In this document: piece by piece, positions 26,819-37,127 of the stretch | Numbering within the stretch: the first letter of the stretch is position 1 | Layout of the letters: every line of letters begins with the position of its first letter | Assembly (NCBI GenBank): GCA_017531445.1 | Contig: JAFXKZ010000001.1 | Coordinates: forward strand, 68,534 to 132,533 | Origin: Kiritimatiellia bacterium | Lineage (GTDB): Bacteria > Verrucomicrobiota > Kiritimatiellia > RFP12 > DVOR01 | Direction: 5' to 3' | DNA: 64,000 bases | Notes under the pieces: model-generated | Seen by the model: the letters and a program-made list of their open reading frames with translations, nothing else | Told to the model about the DNA's origin: nothing | Database searches by the model: none | Program-made: the position numbers and the translations under genes

Positions 26819-28179
26819 AGAAAACAACTTCGCGATTTGAGTTTACGCCGTGGAATGCCACGACGTTCTTTTTCCCGCTGTGTATTCAAGCCGCCAGTCA
26901 GGGCTTGACGTATCCTTTGGTTGGCATTGTTGTTGCGCATGGCATCGGCGGAGCGGCAGAGTTTTCCGCGTATGCACAGGGCTTGATGGTGATGTTCTTT
27001 CTGGGGACGCTCGGCTATGGGTTGATTACCACCGGGATGGTCTATGCGAAAGATCGCATCGGTTATGTCCGCTTTGTGCAGGTCAATACTATTATTCTCT
27101 TGCTGATGATTTCTCTGCAGATTCTATTTGTATTACCGGGAATCGCTCCGATGGTCTTCGGCCGTTTGCTTGGACTTGAAGCGGAACAGCTCGCGGTGGC
27201 GCGATGGTCAATGTTGGGTGCCTTGCCGGCACAAATCGGGTTTATGTTGCGGAATGTGCCCCAGGTGGTGCTCTACAATGAGCATAAAACCGGTATGGCC
27301 AATGCCGCAACGATTCTACGCATCGTGATTACCGCGCTGGCAGCACCGGTGCTGTATTGGTCGGGGCTGGTAGGATGGCAATGGGGCTGCGTGTGTCTGT
27401 GTGTGCCGGTGTTGATTGAAGCGGCAATGATGTACAAGCTCGCGCGGCCGTATGTGCGTTTATTGCCCAAACGTTCACAGACAGAACGGCGCGTTACGAC
27501 CGGTCAGGTGCTTCTTTTCAATGTACCGCTTTCAATGGGTGGTATGTTTCTGATGTTTGCGATTTTCATGCTGAATGCAATTATCAATCGTGCGGAATCG
27601 GGTGCAGAGATGTTGGCCGTCCATCTGGTGGCCATTGGTTTGGTTAATCCGCTTTCCTATGGTGCGTTGCGGAATCAAGCTGTAGCCATCGGATTCCCGC
27701 AACGTGATGTGCATGATCATCGGACGCTCTGGTTTGCGCTTATGAGTGGTTTTTGTCTTGCACTGCCCTTGCTGTTAATTCAACTCCCACCCATTGCGCA
27801 ATGGTATTTCGGCGAGGTGCAGAATCTTCCTCAGGCGCACATCCCTTGGGCACAGAATGCAGTTTGGGTGGCAATGCTCTTTCCTGTGTTGCAAGCTGTC
27901 CGTGGTCACGCGGAAGGGTTGGCTGCTTTCCGGAAGCGGCCGAACGCGGTCTTGGCAGGGCAAGCCGTCTTTTTCGGCGTATTGGTCGCGGTGCTCGTGA
28001 TGCTGTTTGCCTTTCATGTGTCGGGCTATTTGATGGGTGTCGTCTCATTGTGTGCGGCATCTGCCGGTTCGTTTCTTACGATTCGCACGGGGCTTGCGCT
28101 TGCACGGTTGGAAGAATCAAACGATCTCCCCGGTGCAGAACGCGTTAATGCGTCACGCTCTGCCGAGCGGCGTGTGTAA
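26815..28179 (+). CDS. polytopic membrane protein, MATE/MOP-superfamily-like
   Basis: About 12 predicted TM segments. ATGA start/stop overlap with the transglutaminase-like gene. The family assignment is weak, resting on topology and length only. Confidence 0.45.
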   Translation: MKKTTSRFEFTPWNATTFFFPLCIQAASQGLTYPLVGIVVAHGIGGAAEFSAYAQGLMVMFFLGTLGYGLITTGMVYAKDRIGYVRFVQVNTIILLLMISLQILFVLPGIAPMVFGRLLGLEAEQLAVARWSMLGALPAQIGFMLRNVPQVVLYNEHKTGMANAATILRIVITALAAPVLYWSGLVGWQWGCVCLCVPVLIEAAMMYKLARPYVRLLPKRSQTERRVTTGQVLLFNVPLSMGGMFLMFAIFMLNAIINRAESGAEMLAVHLVAIGLVNPLSYGALRNQAVAIGFPQRDVHDHRTLWFALMSGFCLALPLLLIQLPPIAQWYFGEVQNLPQAHIPWAQNAVWVAMLFPVLQAVRGHAEGLAAFRKRPNAVLAGQAVFFGVLVAVLVMLFAFHVSGYLMGVVSLCAASAGSFLTIRTGLALARLEESNDLPGAERVNASRSAERRV

Positions 28180-28287
28180 GGCTGCCGGGGAAGCGGCAAC
28201 GGTGTTGCTGTCGGCGAACGATGCTGTGTCTGTAACTTTATCTCACGAAGTAACGTAAACGTTCATGACCGAGCGCAAGGAGGTGTC

Positions 28288-28743
28288 ATGAACAGATTTG
28301 AAGTGTTGTTGCGTTGTTTGGGCGAGAGTATCGGGGTGACTCTGCAGCCGGATGAGCGAGGACTTTGCGAACTCCCGGTACAAGGGCAACGTCTGGTATT
28401 GTATTATCAGGCCGAAGCCTCGCTGCTACTCTGTTTCGGTGTGGTCAAAACCTCGCAAACACCTTTCCCATCATCGCTTCTGACGCATGCGCTTACATTG
28501 AACCTTTTCGGGAATGGCACGCATGGGTTCAGTTTGGGACTTTTCCACAATACCTTGCTGCTTTCGGGCGTGTTACCGCTGGAGGTGCTCAGCGTAGAGC
28601 AATTGGTAGAACAGTTGTATCTATTGGCTGTGCAGATTGCAGAAGTACGGCGGGAATTGGAATGTGCGCCCGAAGCGTCTATTCCATCGTCTTCTTCCGG
28701 CAGGGAAGAGGTGCCCGATCTGGCGCGATTATTGCGGATTTAG
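28288..28743 (+). CDS. CesT/SycE-like (type III secretion chaperone fold; YbjN-like alternative) small acidic protein
   Basis: 151 aa. The pattern FEVLLRCLGESIGVTLQPDERGLCELPVQGQRLVLYY..LLLCFGVV...LLTHALTLNLFG...LGLFHNTLLLSGVLPLEVLSVEQLVEQL follows the CesT-family profile as I recall it. AAGGAGG RBS. Confidence 0.45.
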   Translation: MNRFEVLLRCLGESIGVTLQPDERGLCELPVQGQRLVLYYQAEASLLLCFGVVKTSQTPFPSSLLTHALTLNLFGNGTHGFSLGLFHNTLLLSGVLPLEVLSVEQLVEQLYLLAVQIAEVRRELECAPEASIPSSSSGREEVPDLARLLRI

Positions 28744-29442
28744 CAACGCATCAATTTCTGATCGGGAAAGCTCACGATACCGCCCCGCAGGGAGCGAACC
28801 CAGGCGTAACCCGGAGAGTGCAACGCGCTTTAACCGGAGCACACGCAACCCCGCCTGCTCGCACATTTGGCGAATCTGCCGATGCCGTCCTTCAGAAAGG
28901 ATGAATTTCAGCTTGCATTTCGTCACTATTTGCACGGGGACCGGGCGAATGTGATACCCTTCTATCTTCAAGGGACTGCGGAGGAGTGCCAATTGCGCTT
29001 CGGTGGGGGGGCGATGAACCTCGACTTCATAGTGCTTGCGATGGGCATAGCGGGGGTGGGTCAACCGTTGAATCAACGCTCCGTCATTTGAAATCAGGAG
29101 GAGCCCTTCACTGTCTTTATCAAGCCGACCCACCGGGACGAGCCGAAGGTCGAATTGACGAAAGGCTTCCAGAACGCTGCGTGCGCCTTGGCCATCGGTA
29201 GAGCAGACTTCCCCCACCGGTTTGTGATAGAGGAATGTGCGGTGCGGTTCTGCCCGGAGCGGAATCGCTTTCCCATCCAGGTAAATATCTGCCTCGCCCG
29301 AAACACGTTGCCCCGGCTCCCGGACCACTTGGTGGTCAACCGTTACACGCCCCTCACGAATGAGGTCGGCGGCACCACGGCGCGAGGCGATACCGCGCTG
29401 CGCCAAAAGATTTTGCAAGCGTTCAAGAGGTTCCATTGCCAT
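28729..29442 (-). CDS. rRNA pseudouridine synthase (RsuA/RluB family, S4 domain)
   Basis: N-terminal S4 domain (RLQNLLAQRGIASRRGAADLIREGRVTVD), catalytic GRLDKDSEGLLLISNDG, and HEVEV...GRHRQIRQM. Confidence 0.88.
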   Translation of the reverse strand: MAMEPLERLQNLLAQRGIASRRGAADLIREGRVTVDHQVVREPGQRVSGEADIYLDGKAIPLRAEPHRTFLYHKPVGEVCSTDGQGARSVLEAFRQFDLRLVPVGRLDKDSEGLLLISNDGALIQRLTHPRYAHRKHYEVEVHRPPTEAQLALLRSPLKIEGYHIRPVPVQIVTKCKLKFILSEGRHRQIRQMCEQAGLRVLRLKRVALSGLRLGSLPAGRYRELSRSEIDALLNPQ

Positions 29443-29533
29443 AGACGATTGGTTTCTGTTTTAAGCGGCGTGAAAAGCGAAGTGGACGGATTGAGGTGTA
29501 GCGTGATGCGTTGCGCGTGTGGCGATTGACTTG

Positions 29534-30778
29534 CTAGGGCGTTTGGGCAGCGTCCTTCCATAGGATCGCACGAAGCCGTTGCACCGCCAGAAGGATTGGC
29601 AGGCTGATAATGGCGATAACGAGAAACGCTATCGGCAGATTGAAGCACTTGGAAAGGTAGCCGACAAGTGGTGGTGCGAGCAGCAACCCCATGAACCCGA
29701 TCGTGGAGATTTCGGCGATGGCGATACCGGAAGGAATCTCCTTGCAACGACTGGTAAGTCCGCAGCAGAGCGGGACAACGGCACTTGTGCCGCAGCCGAT
29801 GAGAGCAAAACCGCACAGCGTTACGGGCAGATTGTCGGTCAGCAGCAATGAAGCGGCAACAGTAAGAAGGAATCCCAGCGTAATCATGCCTCCGGAAATG
29901 AAAAGAATCCGGAAGATCCCCCAACGATTGACCAGTGTATCAATAATGAAACGCCCGGCTACCATTGTGCAGAGATAGACAAAATAGGCGAGGCTTTGGT
30001 GTGTGGGTTCCACCCGGAGTGCATCCCGCAGATAGAGGTTGCTCCAATTATAAACCGTCCCTTCACAGGCCATACATCCGAAACAGGCGATGCCGAGCCA
30101 GAGGATTGCCGGAGTAAAACGCCATGCCTTGAGCCCGGTTGCGGCGCGGGGCTTTTTCGGAGAATGTGTGGATTGGTCAGCACCGAGTGCTCCGCCGGAG
30201 AAGCACAACAGCAGCATTGCGCCTGTGGCCATAATGCCGAAATGGAGAAGAATCGGGAGATGAAATTGCGCAAAGAGCAGCTCCATTGAAACGGCAAACA
30301 ATCCGCCGATTGACCACATCCCGTGAAAGAGTGCGATAATACTCCGCCCATAGCGTTGTTCCAATTGCACCGCTTGCGTATTGACCGCCGTGTTGGAAAG
30401 ATTCGCGATGGCTCCGGTAAAGAAGAGAAGAAGGGCCAGTTGGAGCGGGGAAGTGGCGCATCCAAGCGCAATCAAAATGGCGGGATATAAGAAACCTGCC
30501 AGCAAGGTGGTGCGGCGACTGCCGAAGCGTGTCACACAAATGCCGTTGGGGACGATTGAGAGAAATTCGCCAATCGGGAGCAGGAAAAGCAGACTTCCGA
30601 GCGTTGCATCATCGAGGTGGAGATTTGCTTTAATCCCGGGAATCCTCGAACACCAGGTGGCATACATCGTCCCTTGAATGAAAAAAGAGGCGCAAATGGC
30701 CAGTCGCGTCCGCACCAACGCCGTCAGCCGGGGAAAGAAAAAGCGCGAGAGAAGAAAGGCGTTTGGTGCGGCTGTCAT
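29534..30778 (-). CDS. MFS transporter
   Basis: 12-TM-like hydrophobic profile typical of MFS. Start at MTAAPNAFLL, downstream of the lolD stop. Confidence 0.65.
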   Translation of the reverse strand: MTAAPNAFLLSRFFFPRLTALVRTRLAICASFFIQGTMYATWCSRIPGIKANLHLDDATLGSLLFLLPIGEFLSIVPNGICVTRFGSRRTTLLAGFLYPAILIALGCATSPLQLALLLFFTGAIANLSNTAVNTQAVQLEQRYGRSIIALFHGMWSIGGLFAVSMELLFAQFHLPILLHFGIMATGAMLLLCFSGGALGADQSTHSPKKPRAATGLKAWRFTPAILWLGIACFGCMACEGTVYNWSNLYLRDALRVEPTHQSLAYFVYLCTMVAGRFIIDTLVNRWGIFRILFISGGMITLGFLLTVAASLLLTDNLPVTLCGFALIGCGTSAVVPLCCGLTSRCKEIPSGIAIAEISTIGFMGLLLAPPLVGYLSKCFNLPIAFLVIAIISLPILLAVQRLRAILWKDAAQTP

Positions 30779-30801
30779 CTGAAACGAGACCGGAAAAACG
30801 G

Positions 30802-31479
30802 TTAAATCAACTTTCCATCCAAAAGCGTCAAGGTGCGGGAACACCGTGCGGCCGTTTCCGGATTGTGCGTTACCATCATCAGCACGGTGCCATGTTCGTG
30901 TGCCAAATTGAAGAGAAGGTTCATTACATGATCACCGGTTGTTGCGTCAAGATTTCCGGTTGGTTCGTCGGCAAGAATGAGCGGAGGCGTATTCATCAGA
31001 GCCCGGGCAATCGCTGCGCGTTGCTGCTCGCCGCCGGAAAGCTCCTGCGGTTTATGGTTCAGCCGATCGGCTAAACCGACGCGTTCCAAAAGCATTTCCG
31101 CCCGGAGGCGCATTTCTTTCCGGGACAATCTCCCCAAAGCCATCGCCGGAAGAATCACATTTTCTGTGATGTCCATCTCGGGAAGCAGGTGATAGGCTTG
31201 AAATACAAAGCCGATTTTTGCGGCGCGCAAACGCGTCCGTTGACGGGCGGAAAGAGCATACAAGTCTTTGCCATCAATGAAAACTTTTCCGGATTCAGGC
31301 TTGTCCAGTCCGCCGAGCAGGTGCATCAAGGTTGATTTCCCGGAGCCGCTGCGCCCGATGATGGCGACGGTTTCACCGGGCACAGTTTCCAATGAGGCAC
31401 CTTGAAGCACCTTGATGCTTTTCCCATGCAGGACGTAGGTCTTGTGCAAATCACTGGCGACAAGCGGCATAGCGGACAT
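30802..31479 (-). CDS. lolD: lipoprotein-releasing ABC transporter ATP-binding protein (LolD-like)
   Basis: Walker [10 protein letters not shown], signature [15 protein letters not shown], Walker [13 protein letters not shown]. Adjacent to the LolC/E permease. Confidence 0.8.
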   Translation of the reverse strand: MSAMPLVASDLHKTYVLHGKSIKVLQGASLETVPGETVAIIGRSGSGKSTLMHLLGGLDKPESGKVFIDGKDLYALSARQRTRLRAAKIGFVFQAYHLLPEMDITENVILPAMALGRLSRKEMRLRAEMLLERVGLADRLNHKPQELSGGEQQRAAIARALMNTPPLILADEPTGNLDATTGDHVMNLLFNLAHEHGTVLMMVTHNPETAARCSRTLTLLDGKLI

Positions 31480-31481
31480 GA

Positions 31482-32738
31482 TTATTCCTTTCGCAGTGCA
31501 TTCACCGGAGCCATCGCAGCGGCGCGCCAGGCCGGCAGAAGTGAAGCCAGCGCACAGAAGACAATCACCAGAACCGCCACTTGAACAATCTCAAACGGAA
31601 CGACACGCCAGGGCAATGCATCCAGACCATAGACGGCTTTGGGGAAGACATCCATCCCGCAAGAGGCGAGAAAATCCACGAGATTCTGAAGGTTGTTCAA
31701 GACTAAAAACGCCAATCCGATGCCGAGTGCAGTGCCGATGAGGCATTGAATCCAACCGTAAAGGACAAACGTCATCGTCAGTTGAGAAGTGGAAAAGCCC
31801 AATGCTTTCAGCAGACCTACTTCGTGTGTTTTCTGGATGGTAATCACAATGATGGTATTGACCACACAGAAGATGGCGACGATACTGATGAAGATTAGAA
31901 GAAGCGTCATCATGTTCTTTTCGGTGGCGACAGCATTGAAAATCAAGCTGTCGAGTTCCTGCCATGTGCTGACGCGAATCCGGGGTGTGCCTAAAATCTC
32001 CCGGGAAATGGTGCGCACTTCAGAGACAATTCCTTCAGAATATCCGCCCTGATACCACGGTTTCAAGCGGTGAGGGTGTTCAACGCGCAGATTGATACTG
32101 TTTGCTCCGCTCCGGACACCTGCAAGATCCCGGGCGACAGGAAGTGACACAAAGACGTAGCCGCTGTCAAATTCGGCCTGTCCTGTTGAGAAGACGCCGG
32201 AAACGTTCAGCCGCTCCGGAAAATAGATTTCATCCTTGTCGATAAGATTCATCGGGGAGTAGAGCAGCAGTTCATCGCCTACAGTAAGTCCCAATTGCCG
32301 CGCCATGTCTACGCCGATGACCACGTTGGAATCGTGCAGATCGAAGCGGCCATTCCACATTTCAAGCGGCAACATTTTCTGGATACGCTCGGCATCAACC
32401 CCCAGCAGAATCGGTGCGAGGATGCGCTTGTCATACTCTGCCAGCACACGTGTTTCGATACTGGGCGAGGAGGCGATCACACCGGGCAGTGCATCGTATT
32501 GCGCACAGAGCTCTTCTACATTGGTCAACGTGCCGCGATAGTCGGGACGTACAACGATGTGCGGTTTGAAGTCGAGAATCTTACGTTGCCACGTATCTCC
32601 AAACCCTGTGAAGACGGCGCGGACGATAATAACAATCGCCACCCCGATGGTAACGCCGAGGATGGAGAGGAGTGTCACAACCGATGCGATTCCGCGACGC
32701 GGGCGTAAATATTTGAGTGCGAGGAAGAGCGAAAACAT
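31482..32738 (-). CDS. LolC/LolE-family lipoprotein-releasing permease (FtsX fold)
   Basis: MFSLFLALKYLRPRRG start typical of LolC/E, a large periplasmic loop and a C-terminal FtsX domain (LKALGFS). The track ORF N-terminal extension is rejected. Confidence 0.8.
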   Translation of the reverse strand: MFSLFLALKYLRPRRGIASVVTLLSILGVTIGVAIVIIVRAVFTGFGDTWQRKILDFKPHIVVRPDYRGTLTNVEELCAQYDALPGVIASSPSIETRVLAEYDKRILAPILLGVDAERIQKMLPLEMWNGRFDLHDSNVVIGVDMARQLGLTVGDELLLYSPMNLIDKDEIYFPERLNVSGVFSTGQAEFDSGYVFVSLPVARDLAGVRSGANSINLRVEHPHRLKPWYQGGYSEGIVSEVRTISREILGTPRIRVSTWQELDSLIFNAVATEKNMMTLLLIFISIVAIFCVVNTIIVITIQKTHEVGLLKALGFSTSQLTMTFVLYGWIQCLIGTALGIGLAFLVLNNLQNLVDFLASCGMDVFPKAVYGLDALPWRVVPFEIVQVAVLVIVFCALASLLPAWRAAAMAPVNALRKE

Positions 32739-32811
32739 AGGCTTGAGCGCAGGTGCATGGAGTCCTCCGTGACGTGGCGCAGGAGTCGCCGCCACGGAGG
32801 CGAACAAGGTT

Positions 32812-34014
32812 TTAAGGGGCCTGGAGACCGAAGTGCTCCACGACGTAGTCGATGTCCTTGTCACCGCGCCCCGAGAGGTTGACGAGAATCGAACGGCGCG
32901 GGTGTTCTTTGGCATAGCGGATAGCGTAGGCCACCGCGTGGGCACTCTCAATCGCCGGAATGATACCTTCATTGCGCGAAAGCTCAAAGAAAGCACTCAA
33001 GGTTTCCCTGTCATCGGCAGTGACGTATTCAACGCGCCCCTGATCGTGCAGCCAGGCGTGTTCCGGACCGACGGATTGGTAGTCAAGTCCGGAGGCCACC
33101 GAGTAAACGGGCATTGGCGAACCGTCTTCTTCCTGAAGGGTGTAACTCTTGAATCCGTGCAGGATGCCGGGCCTTCCGTAAGTGACCGAGGCGGCATGAT
33201 CGCCGGGGTTTGCACCGCGCCCGAGGGGCTCTACACCATACAATTTCACATCGCAGTCGTCCAGGAAGCCGCAGAAGATGCCGATAGAATTGGAGCCTCC
33301 GCCGACACATGCCGCAACGGCATCGGGCAATTCTCCGGTCATTTCAAGGAATTGTTCGCGTGCTTCTTCGCCGACGACTTTCTGAAAGTCGCGCACCATC
33401 ATCGGGAACGGGTGCGGCCCTACGACAGAACCAATGCAGTAGATGGAGCCTTCCGGGTCTTTCAGATAGGCTTCAAATGCGGCATCAACGGCTTCTTTAA
33501 GGGTGCGCTGTCCGTGTGTGACGGGGATGACATTTGCGCCAAGAATCTTCATGCGCAGCACATTGGGATGTTGCTTGGCGATATCCACTTCGCCCATGTA
33601 GATGTCGCAGGGGATGCCGAAGTAGGCGGCGGCGGTTGCCATCGCCACGCCGTGCTGACCGGCTCCGGTCTCAGCGATGACTTTTTTCTTGCCGAGATAC
33701 TTTGCCAGCATCACTTCACCCATGCAGTGGTTTAACTTGTGTGCGCCGGAGTGGTTGAGATCTTCACGCTTCAGATAGATGCGTCCACCGAGGCGTTCGC
33801 TGAGATTGCGGCAGTAATAGACCGGGGTGGGGCGTCCCTGGAAGTGTTTGCGGATTTGGCGCAGTTCTTGCACGTAGTCGTGCGATTTGCCGATGCGGTA
33901 ATAGGCATCGGCGATTTTCTGCATTTCCGCTTTCAGATTTTCCGGCACATACGCTCCGCCATAGGGGCCGAAGAAGCCGTTTTTATCGGGGTAGTCTTTG
34001 AAATAGGTACTCAT
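32812..34014 (-). CDS. trpB: tryptophan synthase beta chain (no adjacent trpA)
   Basis: [26 protein letters not shown] (PLP lysine), [14 protein letters not shown]. Confidence 0.9.
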   Translation of the reverse strand: MSTYFKDYPDKNGFFGPYGGAYVPENLKAEMQKIADAYYRIGKSHDYVQELRQIRKHFQGRPTPVYYCRNLSERLGGRIYLKREDLNHSGAHKLNHCMGEVMLAKYLGKKKVIAETGAGQHGVAMATAAAYFGIPCDIYMGEVDIAKQHPNVLRMKILGANVIPVTHGQRTLKEAVDAAFEAYLKDPEGSIYCIGSVVGPHPFPMMVRDFQKVVGEEAREQFLEMTGELPDAVAACVGGGSNSIGIFCGFLDDCDVKLYGVEPLGRGANPGDHAASVTYGRPGILHGFKSYTLQEEDGSPMPVYSVASGLDYQSVGPEHAWLHDQGRVEYVTADDRETLSAFFELSRNEGIIPAIESAHAVAYAIRYAKEHPRRSILVNLSGRGDKDIDYVVEHFGLQAP

Positions 34015-34155
34015 GATATCCTTTTACGAAATAGAGTTCACGGGGTTTCTGGAGAAAATGACATTTTTTTGTTGCACAAACTATCTGCGCTCCGCCATCG
34101 CCAATGGGCATTGGCGTGATAACTGGGGAGCAAAAGCGTGTGCACGGTCATGGGG

Positions 34156-34932
34156 TTATTTCGTACGTTTGGCAAATTCTTTTGCGAAGTCCATATAGGC
34201 TTGTGCGCCCTTTGAGGAGGGATCGAACAGCACAACCGGTTTCCCGAAACTGGGGGCTTCCGAGATGCGGACGCTCCGGGGAATAACGGTCTTGTAGACC
34301 AGTTTCCCGAAATGTTTCCGGACTTCGCCGACAACGTCTGCCGACAGATTGGTACGGGCATCGAACATGGTCATCAGAATCCCCTCCAGATGGATTTGCG
34401 GATTGACGCCATTGTCGTGCAGACGTTTCACCACGTCGGTAATGACGCGCAGCCCTTCCATTGCGTAATATTCGCATTGCATGGCCACCACCACACTGTT
34501 GGCCGCGGCCAGCGAGGAGGTCATCAAAATACCCAGAGAGGGCGGACAGTCAATGAGAATATAGTCGAACACATTGGCCATCAGCACCGGTTTGAGCAGA
34601 TTGCGCACCACGTTCAGATGGTTTTCCTGTCGCGCAATTTCAAGCTCTGCACCCGATAAATCCAATTCCGAAGGGATGATATTTACATTTTCAATGGGCG
34701 TAGGCTGAATGATATCTCCGATAAACGCCTGATTGACAAGTGCCGCATAAAGACTTGTGCCGGGGGTCGGTGTCAATCCCAAACCGCTGGTCGCATTGGC
34801 CTGCGGGTCAAGGTCAATCACCAAAACCGTCTTTTTAATCTGAGCAAGTGCTGCGGCCAAATTGACAACGGTTGTCGTTTTTCCTACGCCGCCCTTCTGA
34901 TTCGCAACTGCGATAACCTTCGTTTGTTTCAT
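34156..34932 (-). CDS. parA: ParA/Soj-family partition ATPase
   Basis: Deviant Walker A KVIAVANQKGGVGKTTT, plus DCPPSLG and the other ParA motifs. No parB next to it. Confidence 0.88.
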   Translation of the reverse strand: MKQTKVIAVANQKGGVGKTTTVVNLAAALAQIKKTVLVIDLDPQANATSGLGLTPTPGTSLYAALVNQAFIGDIIQPTPIENVNIIPSELDLSGAELEIARQENHLNVVRNLLKPVLMANVFDYILIDCPPSLGILMTSSLAAANSVVVAMQCEYYAMEGLRVITDVVKRLHDNGVNPQIHLEGILMTMFDARTNLSADVVGEVRKHFGKLVYKTVIPRSVRISEAPSFGKPVVLFDPSSKGAQAYMDFAKEFAKRTK

Positions 34933-35134
34933 ACCAATCAGTATAGCATAATTACGCCTTTGCAGACGACTTTCCCGGCTTTTTCAGCGGGAGTTTTCCC
35001 GTGTTTTCTCCCGGTGGAATTGGTGCGTGCAGGCGGTGTTGAACAACTGTGCGCGGAGGCGGCTGCGGGGGGCGGCAAGAGGCGCGCTGAACATCGCCGG
35101 AGTTGCCGCGACATCCCGCCGATAGTGCCGCAGC

Positions 35135-35185
35135 AACATGGGCGAAGTCCGGCGCGTGTATCGCCCAAGTTGAAAAAGAAGGTGG
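35135..35185. repeat. REP-like pair (AACATGGGCGA ... TCGCCCAAGTT) plus AAGTTGAAAAAGAAGGTGG module
   Basis: Read directly in the parA-mutL intergenic region. The module is 18/19 identical to 14437-14455. Confidence 0.75.
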
Positions 35186-35306
35186 ACGCAGCAATGGAAT
35201 GGAGCGCGGAAAAGGGGGATTGGGGTGCCGCTCTGCCGCAACTTGGCGGGAGTGCAAAGCCGCCGCGTACGGCGCGAACAGTGGGGTAAAGCGCGTATAA
35301 AAGAGA

Positions 35307-37127
35307 TTATGAACGCTGGAAACGGCGCGCAAGCTCGCGATAAGTGGTGAGAATCATCACCGGGCGTCCGCGTGGTGTGGCATAGGGCATTGCGCAGTAG
35401 GATAATTGATGCAACAGCGTTTCCGCTGTCTCCCGTGTCTGGATCTGCAAGGTTCGTGCCACCGCACTGGCTGCTGCCCGTGCCGCAATTTCCTGCCGCC
35501 AATTCTCAATTCCTTTGCGTACGCCGGTGAGATCCAGATCTTCTGCAATGGCAGGAATCAGTGTTTGCAATGGCACCTCGCTCAACAGTTGCGGCACGGC
35601 ATCAACCAGAAACGTATTGGAAGCAAAAGGACTGATACCGAATCCGCAAGCTTCCAGTTCCGCCAGAAAACGCGTGACGCGCTCGGCATCCGTGGGGGAG
35701 AGCGTCAAGGTTTCGGGAATCAGAAGCGGCTGCGTAATCGGTGCAGCCGAGGTTTTCATGAAGCGTTCATACAAGATACGCTCCAGTGCTGCCGCCGCAT
35801 CAATGGTAACATAGCCCTGTTCGGTTACGACCAGCCAGTAGCCAGGCTCCAAAAGATCGGCAATGCGCACCCAGGAAAAGTTGCGTTTGGGCGCAGCGAC
35901 AGCGTCAGGCGGTGGCGGCGGTGGTCGGACGGGGGCAATGACCAGTTCCGGCGTCTCCGGGGAAGGCGGAGAGGGAGGCGTTGGGGAAGATTCCAGCGGC
36001 AAGGTGCGCTGCAGGACCGTTGGCGCGGCAGGTCGGGGAAGCGGCGCGGGCGCAGGCGCCGGAGCCTGCGGCGTAGGGAGGGGAATTGTAGGAGCTGGCG
36101 GTAGCGGCGAAGTGTCGGCCTCAAAGAGATTGAGGGCCCGGGCAATCGCGGTGCTGACGGCGTTGATGACAGCATTTCCCCGGCGGAAACGTACTTCGCG
36201 CTTGGCCGGATGAACGTTGACATCGACCATTTCCGGCGGCAAATCAACGAACAGCACCACTGTGGGGCGTCGATCGCGTAACGGCCACACTTCGCGCACA
36301 GCGTATTGAATCTGTGCGGCGGTGGCGGTGCGGTGATTGACAAAAACGTATTGTTCCGGTGTTCCGGTCGCCGGAGCATCCACCCGGGAGATATAACCGG
36401 ACACATGAATGTCGCCCTCGGTATGGTTGATAAGGCTCAACGACTGGGCAATCGGCACCCCTAAAAGCGCACGCAGGCGGTCTTCAAGGGTGTCGTTTTC
36501 CGGGAGACGGAAAAGGTCCTTCCCCTCCGAACGCAACCGGAAAGCGATGGTGGGATGTGCCAGAGCGATGGAGGTCAACGTCTGGCGGATTCGGGCAAGT
36601 TCTGTCGCCGCCGTGCGTAGAAACTTGCGCCGTGCCGGAAGATTAAAGAAGAGATCCTGGACGCGGAGGGTGGTGCCGACCGGGTGCCCGGTTTCGGTTA
36701 CGTGCTCAAGTGTGCCGCCGACGACATTCAGCTCTGTGGCACTGTCGGCATCGGCGGAGCGGGTAATAAGGGTGAACCGTGAGACGCTTGCAATGGAAGG
36801 AATCGCCTCGCCGCGAAATCCAAACGTGCAGATGCGCGTGATGTCTTCCGTGTCAGTGATTTTGCTGGTTGCCTGACGTTCCAGTGCAGCCAGCGCATCC
36901 TCCGGAATCATGCCATAGCCGTTGTCTTCCACTTCAATTGACTTGATGCCGCCGGATTCGATCGAGACAGTAATCCGCGTTGCCTCGGCATCAAGTGCGT
37001 TTTCCACCAGCTCCTTTACCACCGAGGCCGGACGCTCCACCACCTCTCCGGCAGCAATCTGATTGGCGACCGTTTCGGGGAGCACACGGACAGGGCGGCG
37101 GTTTGGAGCTGCGGCAGTTACTTGCAT
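35307..37127 (-). CDS. mutL: DNA mismatch repair protein MutL
   Basis: N-terminal GHKL ATPase (ANQIAAGEVVERPASVVKELVENALDA), a proline-rich linker and a C-terminal dimerisation domain. Confidence 0.92.
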   Translation of the reverse strand: MQVTAAAPNRRPVRVLPETVANQIAAGEVVERPASVVKELVENALDAEATRITVSIESGGIKSIEVEDNGYGMIPEDALAALERQATSKITDTEDITRICTFGFRGEAIPSIASVSRFTLITRSADADSATELNVVGGTLEHVTETGHPVGTTLRVQDLFFNLPARRKFLRTAATELARIRQTLTSIALAHPTIAFRLRSEGKDLFRLPENDTLEDRLRALLGVPIAQSLSLINHTEGDIHVSGYISRVDAPATGTPEQYVFVNHRTATAAQIQYAVREVWPLRDRRPTVVLFVDLPPEMVDVNVHPAKREVRFRRGNAVINAVSTAIARALNLFEADTSPLPPAPTIPLPTPQAPAPAPAPLPRPAAPTVLQRTLPLESSPTPPSPPSPETPELVIAPVRPPPPPPDAVAAPKRNFSWVRIADLLEPGYWLVVTEQGYVTIDAAAALERILYERFMKTSAAPITQPLLIPETLTLSPTDAERVTRFLAELEACGFGISPFASNTFLVDAVPQLLSEVPLQTLIPAIAEDLDLTGVRKGIENWRQEIAARAAASAVARTLQIQTRETAETLLHQLSYCAMPYATPRGRPVMILTTYRELARRFQRS

